A stretch of 64,000 nt of DNA from Octopus bimaculoides (Eukaryota): contig NC_068994.1 in the NCBI RefSeq assembly GCF_001194135.2, positions 37,327,971 to 37,391,970 of the forward strand, written 5' to 3'. The notes under the pieces were generated by a model. That model was not told the DNA's origin. It worked only from the letters and a program-made list of their open reading frames with translations, and did no database searches. Of this stretch, positions 37,184-50,222 are shown piece by piece; the stretch's first letter is position 1, and every line of letters starts with the position of its first letter. Both the position numbers and the translations under genes were made by a program.

Positions 37184-37344
37184 CCTAAAAGATTTCAAAT
37201 CAATGACATCAGTAGAAGGTGCTTTGTTATCACAAGTTGGTAGCTTTGAAAATTTGGTTGAGACATCTTTTTGCCTAGTGAGAACCCATGGTAAGGACTT
37301 CCTATCTGTCTTCAGTAGCTGTTCTTCTGGACATGATTTGACAC
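37184..37344 (-). CDS. Candidate 161-nt coding exon (G-VKSCPEEQLLKTDRKSLPWVLTRQKDVSTKFSKLPTCDNKAPSTDVIDLKSFR)
   Basis: Acceptor ttaatttattcattcag| with an in-frame stop just upstream, and donor AGG|gtaagc. There are 53 open codons, and the frame stays open 35 more codons to TGA at 37076-37078. Composition is S/K/P/T-rich. Confidence 0.55.
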
Positions 37345-37759
37345 CTGAATGAATAAATTAAATCTTCATCTAAGAATGTGTTTCTGTTTTTAACAAAGAG
37401 ATTGTGAAGGAAGAATACACTGTCATCGGTTTCTGTATTTTTTTAAAAACTTACCTTTTATATTTTACTTATTTTGATCATTTGGCTGTGGCAATGTATA
37501 GGCACCAACTTGAAGTATTTTAACTCCATGAGTTGACCCAGTACTTTTTTTTTTTTAAAAGCCTGGTACTTATTCTATCAATCCCTTTTGTCAAACCATT
37601 AAGTTATGGGGACATAACTATACCACCACACCTATTGTCAAGTGGTGTAGAGGTGAGGGCAAGTACAGACACAAAAACTATATATATATATATTTCGAAT
37701 CTTCCATGTGTTAACATGTACCTCTTTGCAACAATGTAAACTTCATTTAATCAAGATAC

Positions 37760-37828
37760 CTTTGGCTTGATAAGTAGCCTGCAGTATACACCTCGCTGGG
37801 ATATACACCACTTCTGAGGTTCTGCTCA
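37760..37828 (-). CDS. Weak candidate 69-nt exon (V-SRTSEVVYIPARCILQATYQAK-G)
   Basis: atgtttcatag|TGAGC...GCCAAAG|gtatct. It ends in phase 1, matching the next exon. A second frame is also open, so the frame is ambiguous. Confidence 0.3.
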
Positions 37829-38129
37829 CTATGAAACATATGTAGCCTGGATCTTATCAACTACATTCCTTAAATCTTGTATTCTTATTCATATATCTGG
37901 CAACCCTGGTTGCCTACTGGGAAATATAAAAAAAGCTTTTCAGCTTATCAAACTTCAGTACCCCAAAAATCCACAACCTTCTGCCTATTGTTCCTGAAAG
38001 TTGTTTTTCATGTTTACTATGGATTGCTTGAAGCTAACTTTCTTCCTACACCTCGATCCTGGGGTCTTACATTTATATATATATAAATATGTGTGTGTGT
38101 GTGTGTATGTATATACATATATATGTGTT

Positions 38130-38205
<76 letters not shown>

Positions 38206-39082
38206 CATACACATAAAAGACACCATTTCGAGCGTGGCCGTTTTCGTGCAGGTGACACGTAAAAGCACCCACTACACTCTCTGAGTGGTTGACGTTAGNN
38301 NNNNNNNNNNNNNNNNNNNNNNNNNNNNNNNNNNNNNNNNNNNNNNNNNNNNNNNNNNNNNNNNNNNNNNNNNNNNNNNNNNNNNNNNNNNNNNNNNNNN
38401 NNNNNNNNNNNNNNNNNNNNNNNNNNNNNNNNNNNNNNNNNNNNNNNNNNNNNNNNNNNNNNNNNNNNNNNNNNNNNNNNNNNNNNNNNNNNNNNNNNNN
38501 NNNNNNNNNNNNNNNNNNNNNNNNNNNNNNNNNNNNNNNNNNNNNNNNNNNNNNNNNNNNNNNNNNNNNNNNNNNNNNNNNNNNNNNNNNNNNNNNNNNN
38601 NNNNNNNNNNNNNNNNNNNNNNNNNNNNNNNNNNNNNNNNNNNNNNNNNNNNNNNNNNNNNNNNNNNNNNNNNNNNNNNNNNNNNNNNNNNNNNNNNNNN
38701 NNNNNNNNNNNNNNNNNNNNNNNNNNNNNNNNNNNNNNNNNNNNNNNNNNNNNNNNNNNNNNNNNNNNNNNNNNNNNNNNNNNNNNNNNNNNNNNNNNNN
38801 NNNNNNNNNNNNNNNNNNNNNNNNNNNNNNNNNNNNNNNNNNNNNNNNNNNNNNNNNNNNNNNNNNNNNNNNNNNNNNNNNNNNNNNNNNNNNNNNNNNN
38901 NNNNNNNNNNNNNNNNNNNNNNNNNNNNNNNNNNNNNNNNNNNNNNNNNNNNNNNNNNNNNNNNNNNNNNNNNNNNNNNNNATATATACATATGTATATA
39001 TGTATATATGTATATATATGAGCTTTGGGAAAACTTGCTAGCAGCAAACCTCAAGACAATATCCCTAATGTATATATATATA

Positions 39083-39301
39083 TTCTTTATTTTTTTCCTT
39101 TTACTTGTTTCAGTCATTTGACTGCGGCCATGCTGGAGCACCACCTTTTTTTTAGTTGAGCAAATCGACCGAGGACTTATTCTTTGTAAGCCTAGTACTT
39201 ATTCTATCGGTCTCTTTTTGCCAAAGCGCTAAGTTACGGAGATGTAAACACACCAGCATCACATGTCAAGCGATGTTTGGAGGACAAACACAGAGACACA
39301 A

Positions 39302-39334
<33 letters not shown>

Positions 39335-39508
39335 TATATACGACAGGCTTCTTTCAGTTTCCGTCAACCAAATCTACTCACAAGGCTTTGGCCGGCCCAA
39401 GGCTATAGTATAATAGATACTTGCCCAAGGTGCGACGCAGTGGGACGGAACACCCGGAACCATGTGGTTGGTAAGCAAGCTACTTACCACACAGCCACTC
39501 CTGCGCCT
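39083..39508 (-). mobile_element. Family A SINE, full-length, CpG-rich (young)
   Basis: Same head-microsatellite-tail layout. Similar copies at 20631-20958 (-) and 59163-59436 (+). Head-only copies at about 372-525, 9305-9410, 19700-19810, 22303-22450, 26622-26790, 39595-39740, 46780-46890, 48405-48570 and 59470-59620. Tail-only copies at about 1-125, 10833-11035, 12080-12285, 31095-31300, 37505-37680 and 40760-40960. Confidence 0.85.
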
Positions 39509-39561
39509 ATACCTATATCATCATCATCATCATCATCGTTTAGCATCCGCCNNNNNNNNNN

Positions 39562-39596
<35 letters not shown>

Positions 39597-39854
39597 GGGC
39601 TTCCTTCAGTTTTTGTCTCCAAAATCTGCTTGCAAGGCTAAAGTAGAAGACACTTGCTCAAGGTGTTGCACTTTGAGACTGAACCTAGAACCATAATGTC
39701 GAGAGGTAAATTTCCTACCATACAGCCATGCCTACACCTTATAATTGTTTCCATCATATGATAAGTTACTTAATAAGCTAAAATTCTGAGAAATAAATTA
39801 TCTAGAAATGAAAGTCACTCCTCTGATTTTGAAAGATTTTTATTGAAAACTTAC

Positions 39855-40009
39855 TTCTGTTAAGACATCTGCAATCTTTGATACCTTACATCTTATATTT
39901 CCTTCCTTTAACATATTCACAAATCCCATTTCCTCTTTCTCCTTCTTACTGTATAACTTGAAGCCCAAAGCTATCAAGATTAATGATATTATGCAGGATA
40001 AGGGGAATT
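39855..40009 (-). CDS. Candidate 155-nt coding exon (E-FPLSCIISLILIALGFKLYSKKEKEEMGFVNMLKEGNIRCKVSKIADVLTE) with a TM-like helix followed by a basic patch
   Basis: Acceptor ctaatagctttccag| and donor GAA|gtaagt enclose 51 open codons. An in-frame ATG at 40034 is an alternative start. Confidence 0.5.
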
Positions 40010-40317
40010 CTGGAAAGCTATTAGATTGCAACATTCAAAAGTTATTGTCAGGGGTCCCTTAATCAGTTCATTGCTGCAAAGTAGTTGCATCTGTTTAAAT
40101 CCCACATTGGTTTTGTTTTCTAACAAGGTTGCTCACATGAAATTCTAATAGTCATTGCGAATATAATTTGAGCCCTATCACATTATATTATTTTATAATT
40201 GTTGACATTACTATTATAAATTATTACCACAGTTTCTTTCAAGTAATAACACTTGAATCATCAGATACAGCATTCCAATGTAGCTATACATGTAAGTGTG
40301 TGTATATGTATACATAC

Positions 40318-40414
<97 letters not shown>

Positions 40415-40422
40415 CATACATA

Positions 40423-40471
<49 letters not shown>

Positions 40472-40636
40472 TTCTAAATTTTCAGTATGTTGGAGAAGCA
40501 ACTCAATTGCTAATCCCTGTATATTTATAATGATAAATAGTCTTACCGATAAAGGTTTTTTTCATACTGAACTACTTGGCAGAATTGTTAATTATTAATT
40601 CTATTATTAATTGACGATTCTCTGCCCTTATTCTTG

Positions 40637-40672
<36 letters not shown>

Positions 40673-41784
40673 TAGATAAATAGATACACATACACATATA
40701 TATGTGTATATATATATACATACATATATGCATATAAAAGTATGTACATGCATTTGTGCATGTGTGTGTTTGTGGTTGTGTATACCTCTCATTACCACTT
40801 GACAAATAGTGGATGTTTGTTTACATCTCTGTAACTTTGTGGTTTTGACAAAAGAGATTGCTGGAATAAGCACCTGACTTAAAAAAATAGATACCGGGGT
40901 TGATTTATTTGATTAAACCCTTCAAGGCAGTGCCCCAGCACAACCACAGTCTATTGACTAAAACAAGTGGTAATTAATAATGGTATTTAAATTCACCACA
41001 ACCCCATTAGTTTTGTGGAGAATGTTTAGTTATAATCAACTTCAAATCAGCTTTTGCTGTTAATTTATCATATATAATTTCTTTTATAAATTAGTCTTCC
41101 TATCTTTCCAGTATTGTTACAGTTTACTATTTTACTGTACAGCTTCTCACAAGCATCATAGACCAATATTTTACACAGCTTATGTTCTGATATTTCTGGC
41201 ATGTTATAAAAATAGATAATTAGCATATTCACTAGAAATGCAATATCTGTCCTGATCTTATATGATAATGTGTTACCAGTGTTATAAGAAAATGCACTTG
41301 AAAATTACATCTTTTTTGAAGGCAAATGTCAGTTTGCAGAACATAAAAACTCTCGTACTTGTCTCGTATATCCTTTCTAAATGTTATTTCATATGATTTT
41401 GCAGAAACATTTAATTAATGTCAGTATTGAACAATGATTATAACGATGCATTCTGATGATAATAATAATGAGGGTTACTCCTAGTTTATGCACAAGACCA
41501 ACAGATTTGAGGAGAGGGGTTAGTCAATGCCATTGACTTCATTACTTCATTAATACAGTATTTTATCAACCTCAAAATGTTGAAAGCAAAGTTAACTGTG
41601 CCACAATTTGAACTTAGACTTCAAAGAAGGAACACCTCAAAGCATTTTTCTGACAGTCCACAGCCATGATAATAATAATAATAAGAAGAAGAATATAGCA
41701 TGCACTGGTCTCTCACTCAATAAAAAAAAGAAATAATAATAATAATAACAATAACAATAATAATATTAATAATAATAATAATAA

Positions 41785-42205
41785 AAAATATATGAACAAA
41801 AAACGAAGTTATACCTGGACCCACAACACTACACACTATCCAAAAAAAAACCCTACTAGGAACAACGCACATCCTACGCAAGACACTATCACTTCAATTA
41901 TACAACCTAAATAAAACAATCCACAAACACAAGACACACTCAATATAGCATATAGCCAATAAAATAAACTACAGCCAGCAGGCTACAGACCCAACTCATT
42001 ACACACACAACTCACAATACGAACACTAATACAACAAAAGGCGGCACCACACTCCATAAAAAAGTGAAATTGATGCAATACAATACTGGGAAGAGTTTGC
42101 ACACTCCCAACAACAACAAAAAGAACACAGAATGCTGCACACACCCCAGCAACACAGAGGTGTAGCAGGTGATGCAGTAGAAATTTGCCTGAAACTTCCA
42201 AATGT

Positions 42206-42248
<43 letters not shown>

Positions 42249-42249
42249 N
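41785..42249 (+). mobile_element. RLE-type LINE 3' fragment
   Basis: VIPGPTTLHTIQKKTLLGTTHILRKTLSLQ, then an A/C-rich 3' UTR and an (AAT)n tail from 42208. (AAT)n also lies at the 5' junction (41736-41784). Confidence 0.8.
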
Positions 42250-42847
42250 NNNNNNNNNNNNNNNNNNNNNNNNNNNNNNNNNNNNNNNNNNNNNNNNNNN
42301 NNNNNNNNNNNNNNNNNNNNNNNNNNNNNNNNNNNNNNNNNNNNNNNNNNNNNNNNNNNNNNNNNNNNNNNNNNNNNNNNNNNNNNNNNNNNNNNNNNNN
42401 NNNNNNNNNNNNNNNNNNNNNNNNNNNNNNNNNNNNNNNNNNNNNNNNNNNNNNNNNNNNNNNNNNNNNNNNNNNNNNNNNNNNNNNNNNNNNNNNNNNN
42501 NNNNNNNNNNNNNNNNNNNNNNNNNNNNNNNNNNNNNNNNNNNNNNNNNNNNNNNNNNNNNNNNNNNNNNNNNNNNNNNNNNNNNNNNNNNNNNNNNNNN
42601 NNNNNNNNNNNNNNNNNNNNNNNNNNNNNNNNNNNNNNNNNNNNNNNNNNNNNNNNNNNNNNNNNNNNNNNNNNNNNNNNNNNNNNNNNNNNNNNNNNNN
42701 NNNNNNNNNNNNNNNNNNNNNNNNNNNNNNNNNNNNNNNNNNNNNNNNNNNNNNNNNATGATAATAATCATAGCATTTTAAAATTTTAGCACAAAGCCAA
42801 CGATTTTGGGCTAAAGGATAAGTTGATTACATCGACCCCAGTGATTA

Positions 42848-43088
42848 ACACCATTTCGAGTGTGGCCGTTGCCAGTACCGCCTGACTGGCCTTCATGCCG
42901 GTGGTATGTAAAATCACCCACTACACTCTTGGAGTGGTTGGCGTTAGGAAGGGCATCCAGCTGTAGAAACTCTGCCAAATCAGATTGAAGCCTGGTGTAG
43001 CCACCTGGTTCACCAGTCCTCAGTCAAATTGTCCAACCCATGCTAGCATGGAAAGCGGATGTTAAACGATGATGATGATGATGATGAC
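42848..43088 (+). mobile_element. SINE-like element with RTE-type (GAT)n tail (family C), nested in an (ATT)n-SINE
   Basis: caccatttcgagtgtggccg...ggcgttaggaagggcatccagctgtagaaac...ccaacccatgctagcatggaaagcggatgttaaacgatgatgat. Other pieces at about 1665-1695, 1885-2005, 2055-2235, 16820-17045, 38220-38298, 47975-48075, 52735-52830 and 60710-60850. Confidence 0.8.
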
Positions 43089-44280
43089 CTTGAAAGTATG
43101 AAAGGTAATGTCGACTCTGGCAAAATGTCAGAATGTGAAGATGGACAAAATGTTGCTAACAGTTTTGTCCAGTGTGCTAACAATTCTGCCAGCTTATAAC
43201 CTTAATAATAATCACAATGATGATAATCCTAAGATGAGATGGTCACAACTGGAATACTTCAAATCAGGGATCTCCTAAATAAAGACCTGATGGATGGGTC
43301 AGGGGCTAATTGACAACAATATCAACAACAAAAACAGCAGCAATAACAAAAACCTAATGATAAACACTTTCAAACTGCCACAGTATTAAACTGTTAAACA
43401 TTGACTCCTGTACAAACAACATATGCTTAGTGAGCCAACAGAGGTTCTGCATCTAAGTGGTCACTTGATCTTCTAAAAAGTGTAGCTAAACATCACCATT
43501 GAGGGAGTGTGATTTAGCAGTCAGAAGCATGTTTTTAGGTACCACTTTGGTCACAAAAGACGTAGACATTCTCTAAATCTCCTCACACTTGATCCAGTAG
43601 TCCATCCAAGATGTGACAGCCAGAGGGAATGAGAGCTTCGCCAGCATCCAACTGTTACTCATTACAACTGAATAGACTAGAACAAAGTGAAATGAAGTGT
43701 CTTGCTCACAGACACTACCTGACCCAAGTACTGAACCCATGATGTAGTGGTTAATGTAAGCTCAATTTCCTAACCACCAGATTTGCTAGAAATAGCAACC
43801 AAGTCTCCTTCAAATCTTATCCTACCATTTTTTTCAAGAAAAAGTAAGACATCACATTTGATGTTGTCATAGATATAAAATACTCAGTAGGATGATCATG
43901 GTTGGAATGACATTGATCCTCAGTCTGTTCAAACAGGATCCTATCAAGGTTAAACAACAACCAGAAATACCTTTGACAAAAAAAAACCCCTAATGCTCCC
44001 TCATAACAACAAAGCATCTTTCTATACCACACAATATTAATAGCATATAAAATATCGCATGGGCCCTAACATTAGTTTAAAAGCAAGGCAGCATCTAGGC
44101 AAAGAAAACGGGTTAGATTAAATAAAGCCATTAACTTCAGAAATTATATTGTTTTTTTTTATTGTTAAAAATAAAATGAAATTTAAAGATATGGTTGACA
44201 ATATATATATATATATCAATAATATAAATATACACATACATATTATATATATATATGTATGTATGTATGTATACATATAT

Positions 44281-44345
<65 letters not shown>

Positions 44346-46005
44346 CCATGATATAATATATACATACTTATATACATATATATTGTATATACATATGTAT
44401 ATATATATGCATATAATTATATGTGTGTATAAACATATATACATAAAATTATATGTATACGTTTACATTTATACGTATATATTATATATGTATATATATG
44501 TATACATATATACATTGGTATATATATATATATACCTACCTATATATATAGATATATATGTATATATACATGTATTATACATATCCATATATATATATAT
44601 ATATATATATATACACCCTCACACAAACACGTGCATACACATAGGAAGCGAATGAGTGATACAAAGAGATAGGAAGAGCCTGGTTTTGTTTGACATCATT
44701 ATGATTCAAGTTCTTTTATATTTTTTTGCGTGTGAGTGTGTGTTGTGTGTGTTATGAGAGATTATGCATATAAAAGAGTGTGCACGCGTGTGTGCAACCA
44801 TCTTTATAAAGATAATTTATATTTTTCCCTTTATGACAGTAACTACCATATCATCCAGTTTATAGTGTTGTGATGGTATAAAAAATTCTTTTTATTTTAG
44901 CCATTACACTTATCTATCATGAAGCGGAGGGTTGCAAAAGAGGAAATTGAGAGACTGGAGTGGGGAAGGAGTTGGGAAGGAAGGAAGAATCTATAGTTAT
45001 AAAATAATTGCTATATATAAAAGAAAATTACTTGTCTATTTCATATAAAAATGATGCATCAGATATTGACCAGATGACAATGATCATTGTCTTGGGTTCC
45101 AGAAAGAGGTCGCTATTTATTTTAAACTAAATTCCTCCTCCACCCACCCCTCATTTTTAGATCATAAAGGAAATATCAGTTAGAAACTGGGATTCCAGGA
45201 GTGGATTTTAACAATGCTGTTACTTCATGACTCATTACACTTGGTTCATTGTTTTCAATGAAGAACCATGTCTATAATTTTCTGGTTTATTTTTGGAAAT
45301 GGTTTCTACTTGTCAGTGAGGTGGAAAAATATTGTTGTAAGTTATATTAATAGTGTTCAATATCTCTCAAATATATCATTTAGCTACATCAGGACCATCA
45401 CAACATTATGGTCTATAAACATATTAGCAACACCAACATCCATATTAATTAGGTAGATGTCAGATTTTCTCCATTGAGTATTCATCCACATACAAAACAG
45501 TTGAAATAGGAACAGCCATACAGTATCAAATGAGATTTCTACTTCTAGCTGTTGCTACTATTTAGCACTATTGGAACTACACCTGTTTTGTGTTTGTTCA
45601 ATGAGAATTATGATAATATATTTTATTTTGCCTATGTCATAATGGACAAATGTCCTAAAAGACAACTTTGTGTACAAGTAAGCAACTATATGCATAAGTA
45701 TTGTATGCTGACGTACAAAATTTGTAGGACCGCTATGTATCATCGTTTTAATGTCCAATTTTCTGTGCTTGAATGAGACAGACAGAATTTGTGGTGGTCG
45801 ATTTTCTATGAAACATGCCATTCTTGTTGCCTACTCTCACCTGTCTCTAAGTGGGGTAATATTTCCCCCATGACCTGACATGTTTCCGTAGAAGATTGGA
45901 AATGAAGATTGGTCTCATACATTTACAACTGTCACATGATGTCAAGGCAAGAAGACAGTAGCATACACACAAATACACGCACATGCTTACATGCACTGTA
46001 ACCTA

Positions 46006-46038
<33 letters not shown>

Positions 46039-46680
46039 NNNNNNNNNNNNNNNNNNNNNNNNNNNNNNNNNNNNNNNNNNNNNNNNNNNNNNNNNNNNNN
46101 NNNNNNNNNNNNNNNNNNNNNNNNNNNNNNNNNNNNNNNNNNNNNNNNNNNNNNNNNNNNNNNNNNNNNNNNNNNNNNNNNNNNNNNNNNNNNNNNNNNN
46201 NNNNNNNNNNNNNNNNNNNNNNNNNNNNNNNNNNNNNNNNNNNNNNNNNNNNNNNNNNNNNNNNNNNNNNNNNNNNNNNNNNNNNNNNNNNNNNNNNNNN
46301 NNNNNNNNNNNNNNNNNNNNNNNNNNNNNNNNNNNNNNNNNNNNNNNNNNNNNNNNNNNNNNNNNNNNNNNNNNNNNNNNNNNNNNNNNNNNNNNNNNNN
46401 NNNNNNNNNNNNNNNNNNNNNNNNNNNNNNNNNNNNNNNNNNNNNNNNNNNNNNNNNNNNNNNNNNNNNNNNNNNNNNNNNNNNNNNNNNNNNNNNNNNN
46501 NNNNNNNNNNNNNNNNNNNNNNNNNNNNNNNNNNNNNNNNNNNNNNNNNNNNNNNNNNNNNNNNNNNNNNNNNNNNNNNNNNNNNNNNNNNNNNNNNNNN
46601 NNNNNNNNNNNNNNNNNNNNNNNNNNNNNNNNNNNNNNNNNNNNNNNNNNNNNNNNNNNNNNNNNNNNNNNNNNNNNNNN

Positions 46681-46727
<47 letters not shown>

Positions 46728-47866
46728 ACATATACACACACACAACACACATATATACACACACACATACATGATAGGCTTCTTTGAGCTTCCGCCAACC
46801 ATATCCACCCAGCCCAGTGGTATAGTAGAAGACACTTCTCCAAGGTGCTGTGCAGTGGAACTGAACCCAGTATCATGTGACTGGGAAGAAAAATATGTTT
46901 TAAAAACAACCTCTTCGATTCACTTTAGAATATAAGTAAATACCTAGTAACAACCTTCTTACACACATTAGCCAACTAACTTGCTTTTAAAAGTTTATCT
47001 AAAAGGGTTTTGTAGTTGTTTGAAGCAATGTCTAATATTCTGAATTTGATTCTTTTGGAAGCAGGCTTTATTTATGATTCATAAGTGTCTGTATAGTTTT
47101 TATTTATTTACTTTTTTATAAAATTAAAATTTTGTCTTCAAGAATTAACTCGAACTGCTTGACTGTCCATACCACTGCAGAAATGGCTGCCTTCTAAAGA
47201 TTAGATCTTTAATGATAAAGGAATATAATTGAAATTGCTTTCAACTTTCATTGCTCCTGTAATTTCTTTTAATTAGAAATAAAATACCCTTTAATTTTAT
47301 CAACATTAACAGATCTGATTTTTATCAAGTGACTATCCTTCTAAGAAATGTTAGCTGGGCTGAGTGTAAGAGAAATGGTTTGTTTTCTCTTATTTCAACT
47401 AGCCACTCACTCAATTCCTTTCTTCTGTTTCACAAGCAAAATAACAAGCATATTTGACCATATTTCTGATAAAATACACTGCCAATGCATTTCAATTAAT
47501 TTTGAAATCGATCAGGAATTTGGGAGAAATTTAGTAAGAAACCAGATTTTCATTTTTAAATTGTTTGGGGCCTATCTGAATGAAAGTTCTTACACATAAT
47601 TCTGATGAAAGATTTTAATTTAAATATGAACCTTTTAAAACAGGCATTATATAACATAGAACCTGAGCTTGTCTTAGATATATTTGCACTAAAAGCGATA
47701 GTGCATTGTCTTTTGGTTTCTTATTGAGTGTCCTGATAAATCAATTATAAATAAATGGATGCCTGTTTGGGTATGAAATTTGCTTTGCAACCATCTGGCT
47801 TTGGGTTTTAATTATATGTGTGTGTGTTTGTGTCCATGTATTTATACATACATACATATATGCATG

Positions 47867-47942
<76 letters not shown>

Positions 47943-48361
47943 TTTGCGTGTGTGTGTGTGTGTATCATCATATCATCATTGTATAAACATTCACTTTTTC
48001 ACGTTTGTATGGGTTGGATGAAGTTCATTAAAGCAAATATTTTTATGGGTGGATGCCCTTCTTGTTGCCAACGACCACTTACAACTTATCAAGTTAGGTC
48101 AAGATGAGGAGGCATAAACATGCACACAATCTCACTCATGTATGTATACACATACATACATATATATATATACAAAACTAAACTAGTATAGTGATCTCAC
48201 TCACTGTGGTGTGGTTATCTCTCTTGTCAGTATATGAAAATGTGCTTCCTTGTGACTGTAAAGATTCTTCAGCTCTTATTTCTAGCAAGGTAGATGCTAC
48301 CCTGCACCCTCAGTCACAATTAGTAACAATTGAATTTTTCCTTTTTAGTACATACATACAT

Positions 48362-48392
<31 letters not shown>

Positions 48393-48588
48393 TACATACA
48401 TACAACAAACTGCTTCTTTCAGTTTCCATCTATCAAATCTGCTCAGAAAACTTTGGCTGGCTTAGGGCTATAGTAGAAGACGCCTACCCAAAGGCACCAT
48501 ACAATGGAACTGAATTGAAAGCTATGTGGCTGGGAAACAAACTTCTTAACCACACAGCCACATCTGCATCTACCATATGTATGCATGG

Positions 48589-48627
<39 letters not shown>

Positions 48628-50222
48628 TGTGTGAGTGTGTGAATGTGTGTGTGTGTGCTAGTGCTGCATGTGCTCATGTCTTTATATTAGTCTCTTCAAC
48701 ACTTCACTACTGGTGTAAGCTTTATTTATGTCACTATAACTTAGTGGCTCATCAAAATGCAACCAATATCACTAGTCATGTGATCACATGACTGACCAGG
48801 CTCTCGGATATTGTTACATATTGCAGTTCTCAATGCATTTTTGCATTGTTTTAGCTTTCAAATGACATTCCCAACATTCCCCCCTGATTGAAAGGGGGAG
48901 TGGAGCAACATGAAATGAAATGCTTTACTGAAGAATACAATGCACCACCTAACCACAGAATTGAACCCATGATCTTGTGATCGTGGGTGCAACAGCCTAA
49001 CCACTAGGCCACACACCTTCACAAAATATATCACCAGTACCAGTACCAGACTTAAAATAAGCATGACAGCAGTTCAAAGACAGAAACGTATAAATGTGTA
49101 ATAAAAGGGTAGAAGAACAGTTGCAGGATATTGTAAGAATGCAATTTTAGAAAGCGTAATGTGTAAATGTTAACATTCATTAGATTGTACATGGAATTGC
49201 ATATTATGGAGTTTACACAGATCAAAAAGAATCCAGAAAGAACACCTGAAAGTGTTGTATGTTTGACTAGACCTTCCTTAATTTAATCTCTTGTGGAAGA
49301 AATAATCAGTTTGTTTGTTTTCTCAGTTCGAATGCCTTGTTACTAAACAGCGTTTCTATTTGCAGATGTTTCCATGCACTCCCACACATACACACATACA
49401 TGTACGTGTATATACGCATATAGTGGAGATAGACACACTGGTGGCAAGAGACATATAAAAAGGTTGTTTTCTATTAGCAGAAAACAATGCAAAACAAAAA
49501 TGTGAAAAGAAAATATAAAGAATTGCAAAAAAAAACACACTAAATAAATGGAAAGTAAATATAAACACTTGGGAATACAAAAGAAAGCTAGCTTTCACAA
49601 TTCTTTCCAAATTTAGGCTTACATTGCTGTGTACTATCGGCAATTTTATCTTATTTTCTCTACTCGTTGGGTTTCTTTCCTAGTTCCTGTCAATACTTTA
49701 GGTCAGTGTTTGAAAATGTAAACCAAGGAAGAAAATAAAAATGAATATTTAAATAAATAAATAAACAAAAGTAAAACTACAAAAATGATTGCAAGTATAA
49801 TTCAATCAATTGAAGAAATAAAATTCAACTGAGAATGAATACCGACTTTGTGAAATATAAACAAAAAGATGACTGTTCAACACAAATGCAATCACTTAAA
49901 CAAACCAAACAAAAAGAAAAAAATATTTTATAAACTTGAGAATTAACATCAGTACTTGTAGTTGCAATAAAAATGTAAGCTCAAACTCAGCTAATAGAGG
50001 CTTTCACAAACAGGCACACGTGGCTATTTTACTGACAAAAGGATGTTGCTTCGTATATTATTCTTTTTTCTTACCCTTTCTTAATCACTCATCCCTTCCT
50101 ATATTTCACTGCCAGCTCACATGACTGCTTATGTCACTTTCTCACTCAGAACTGGCCACCTATCTATTTATTGAAATATACATACATACATACATTCATA
50201 TATTCATACATACCTATATATA

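Noticed and set aside
37120-37350. Plus-strand open frame with donor ATG|gtaagg
   Set aside because: Probably the antisense shadow of the minus-strand exon, which has the better acceptor and chains to neighbouring exons.
37818-37995. Plus-strand frame containing ILIHISGNPGC, reminiscent of a lipase-like PGNPG motif
   Set aside because: It is bounded by stops, has no splice support, and the short motif match is likely chance.
40228-40268. CTGATGA plus a 7-bp hairpin plus GAAA on the minus strand (hammerhead-like)
   Set aside because: The hairpin overlaps G12-A13, the triplet would end in G, and there is no stem I. Insufficient support.
45268-45560. 56-62 codon frames on both strands
   Set aside because: No good splice sites, no recognisable motif, and the length is compatible with chance.
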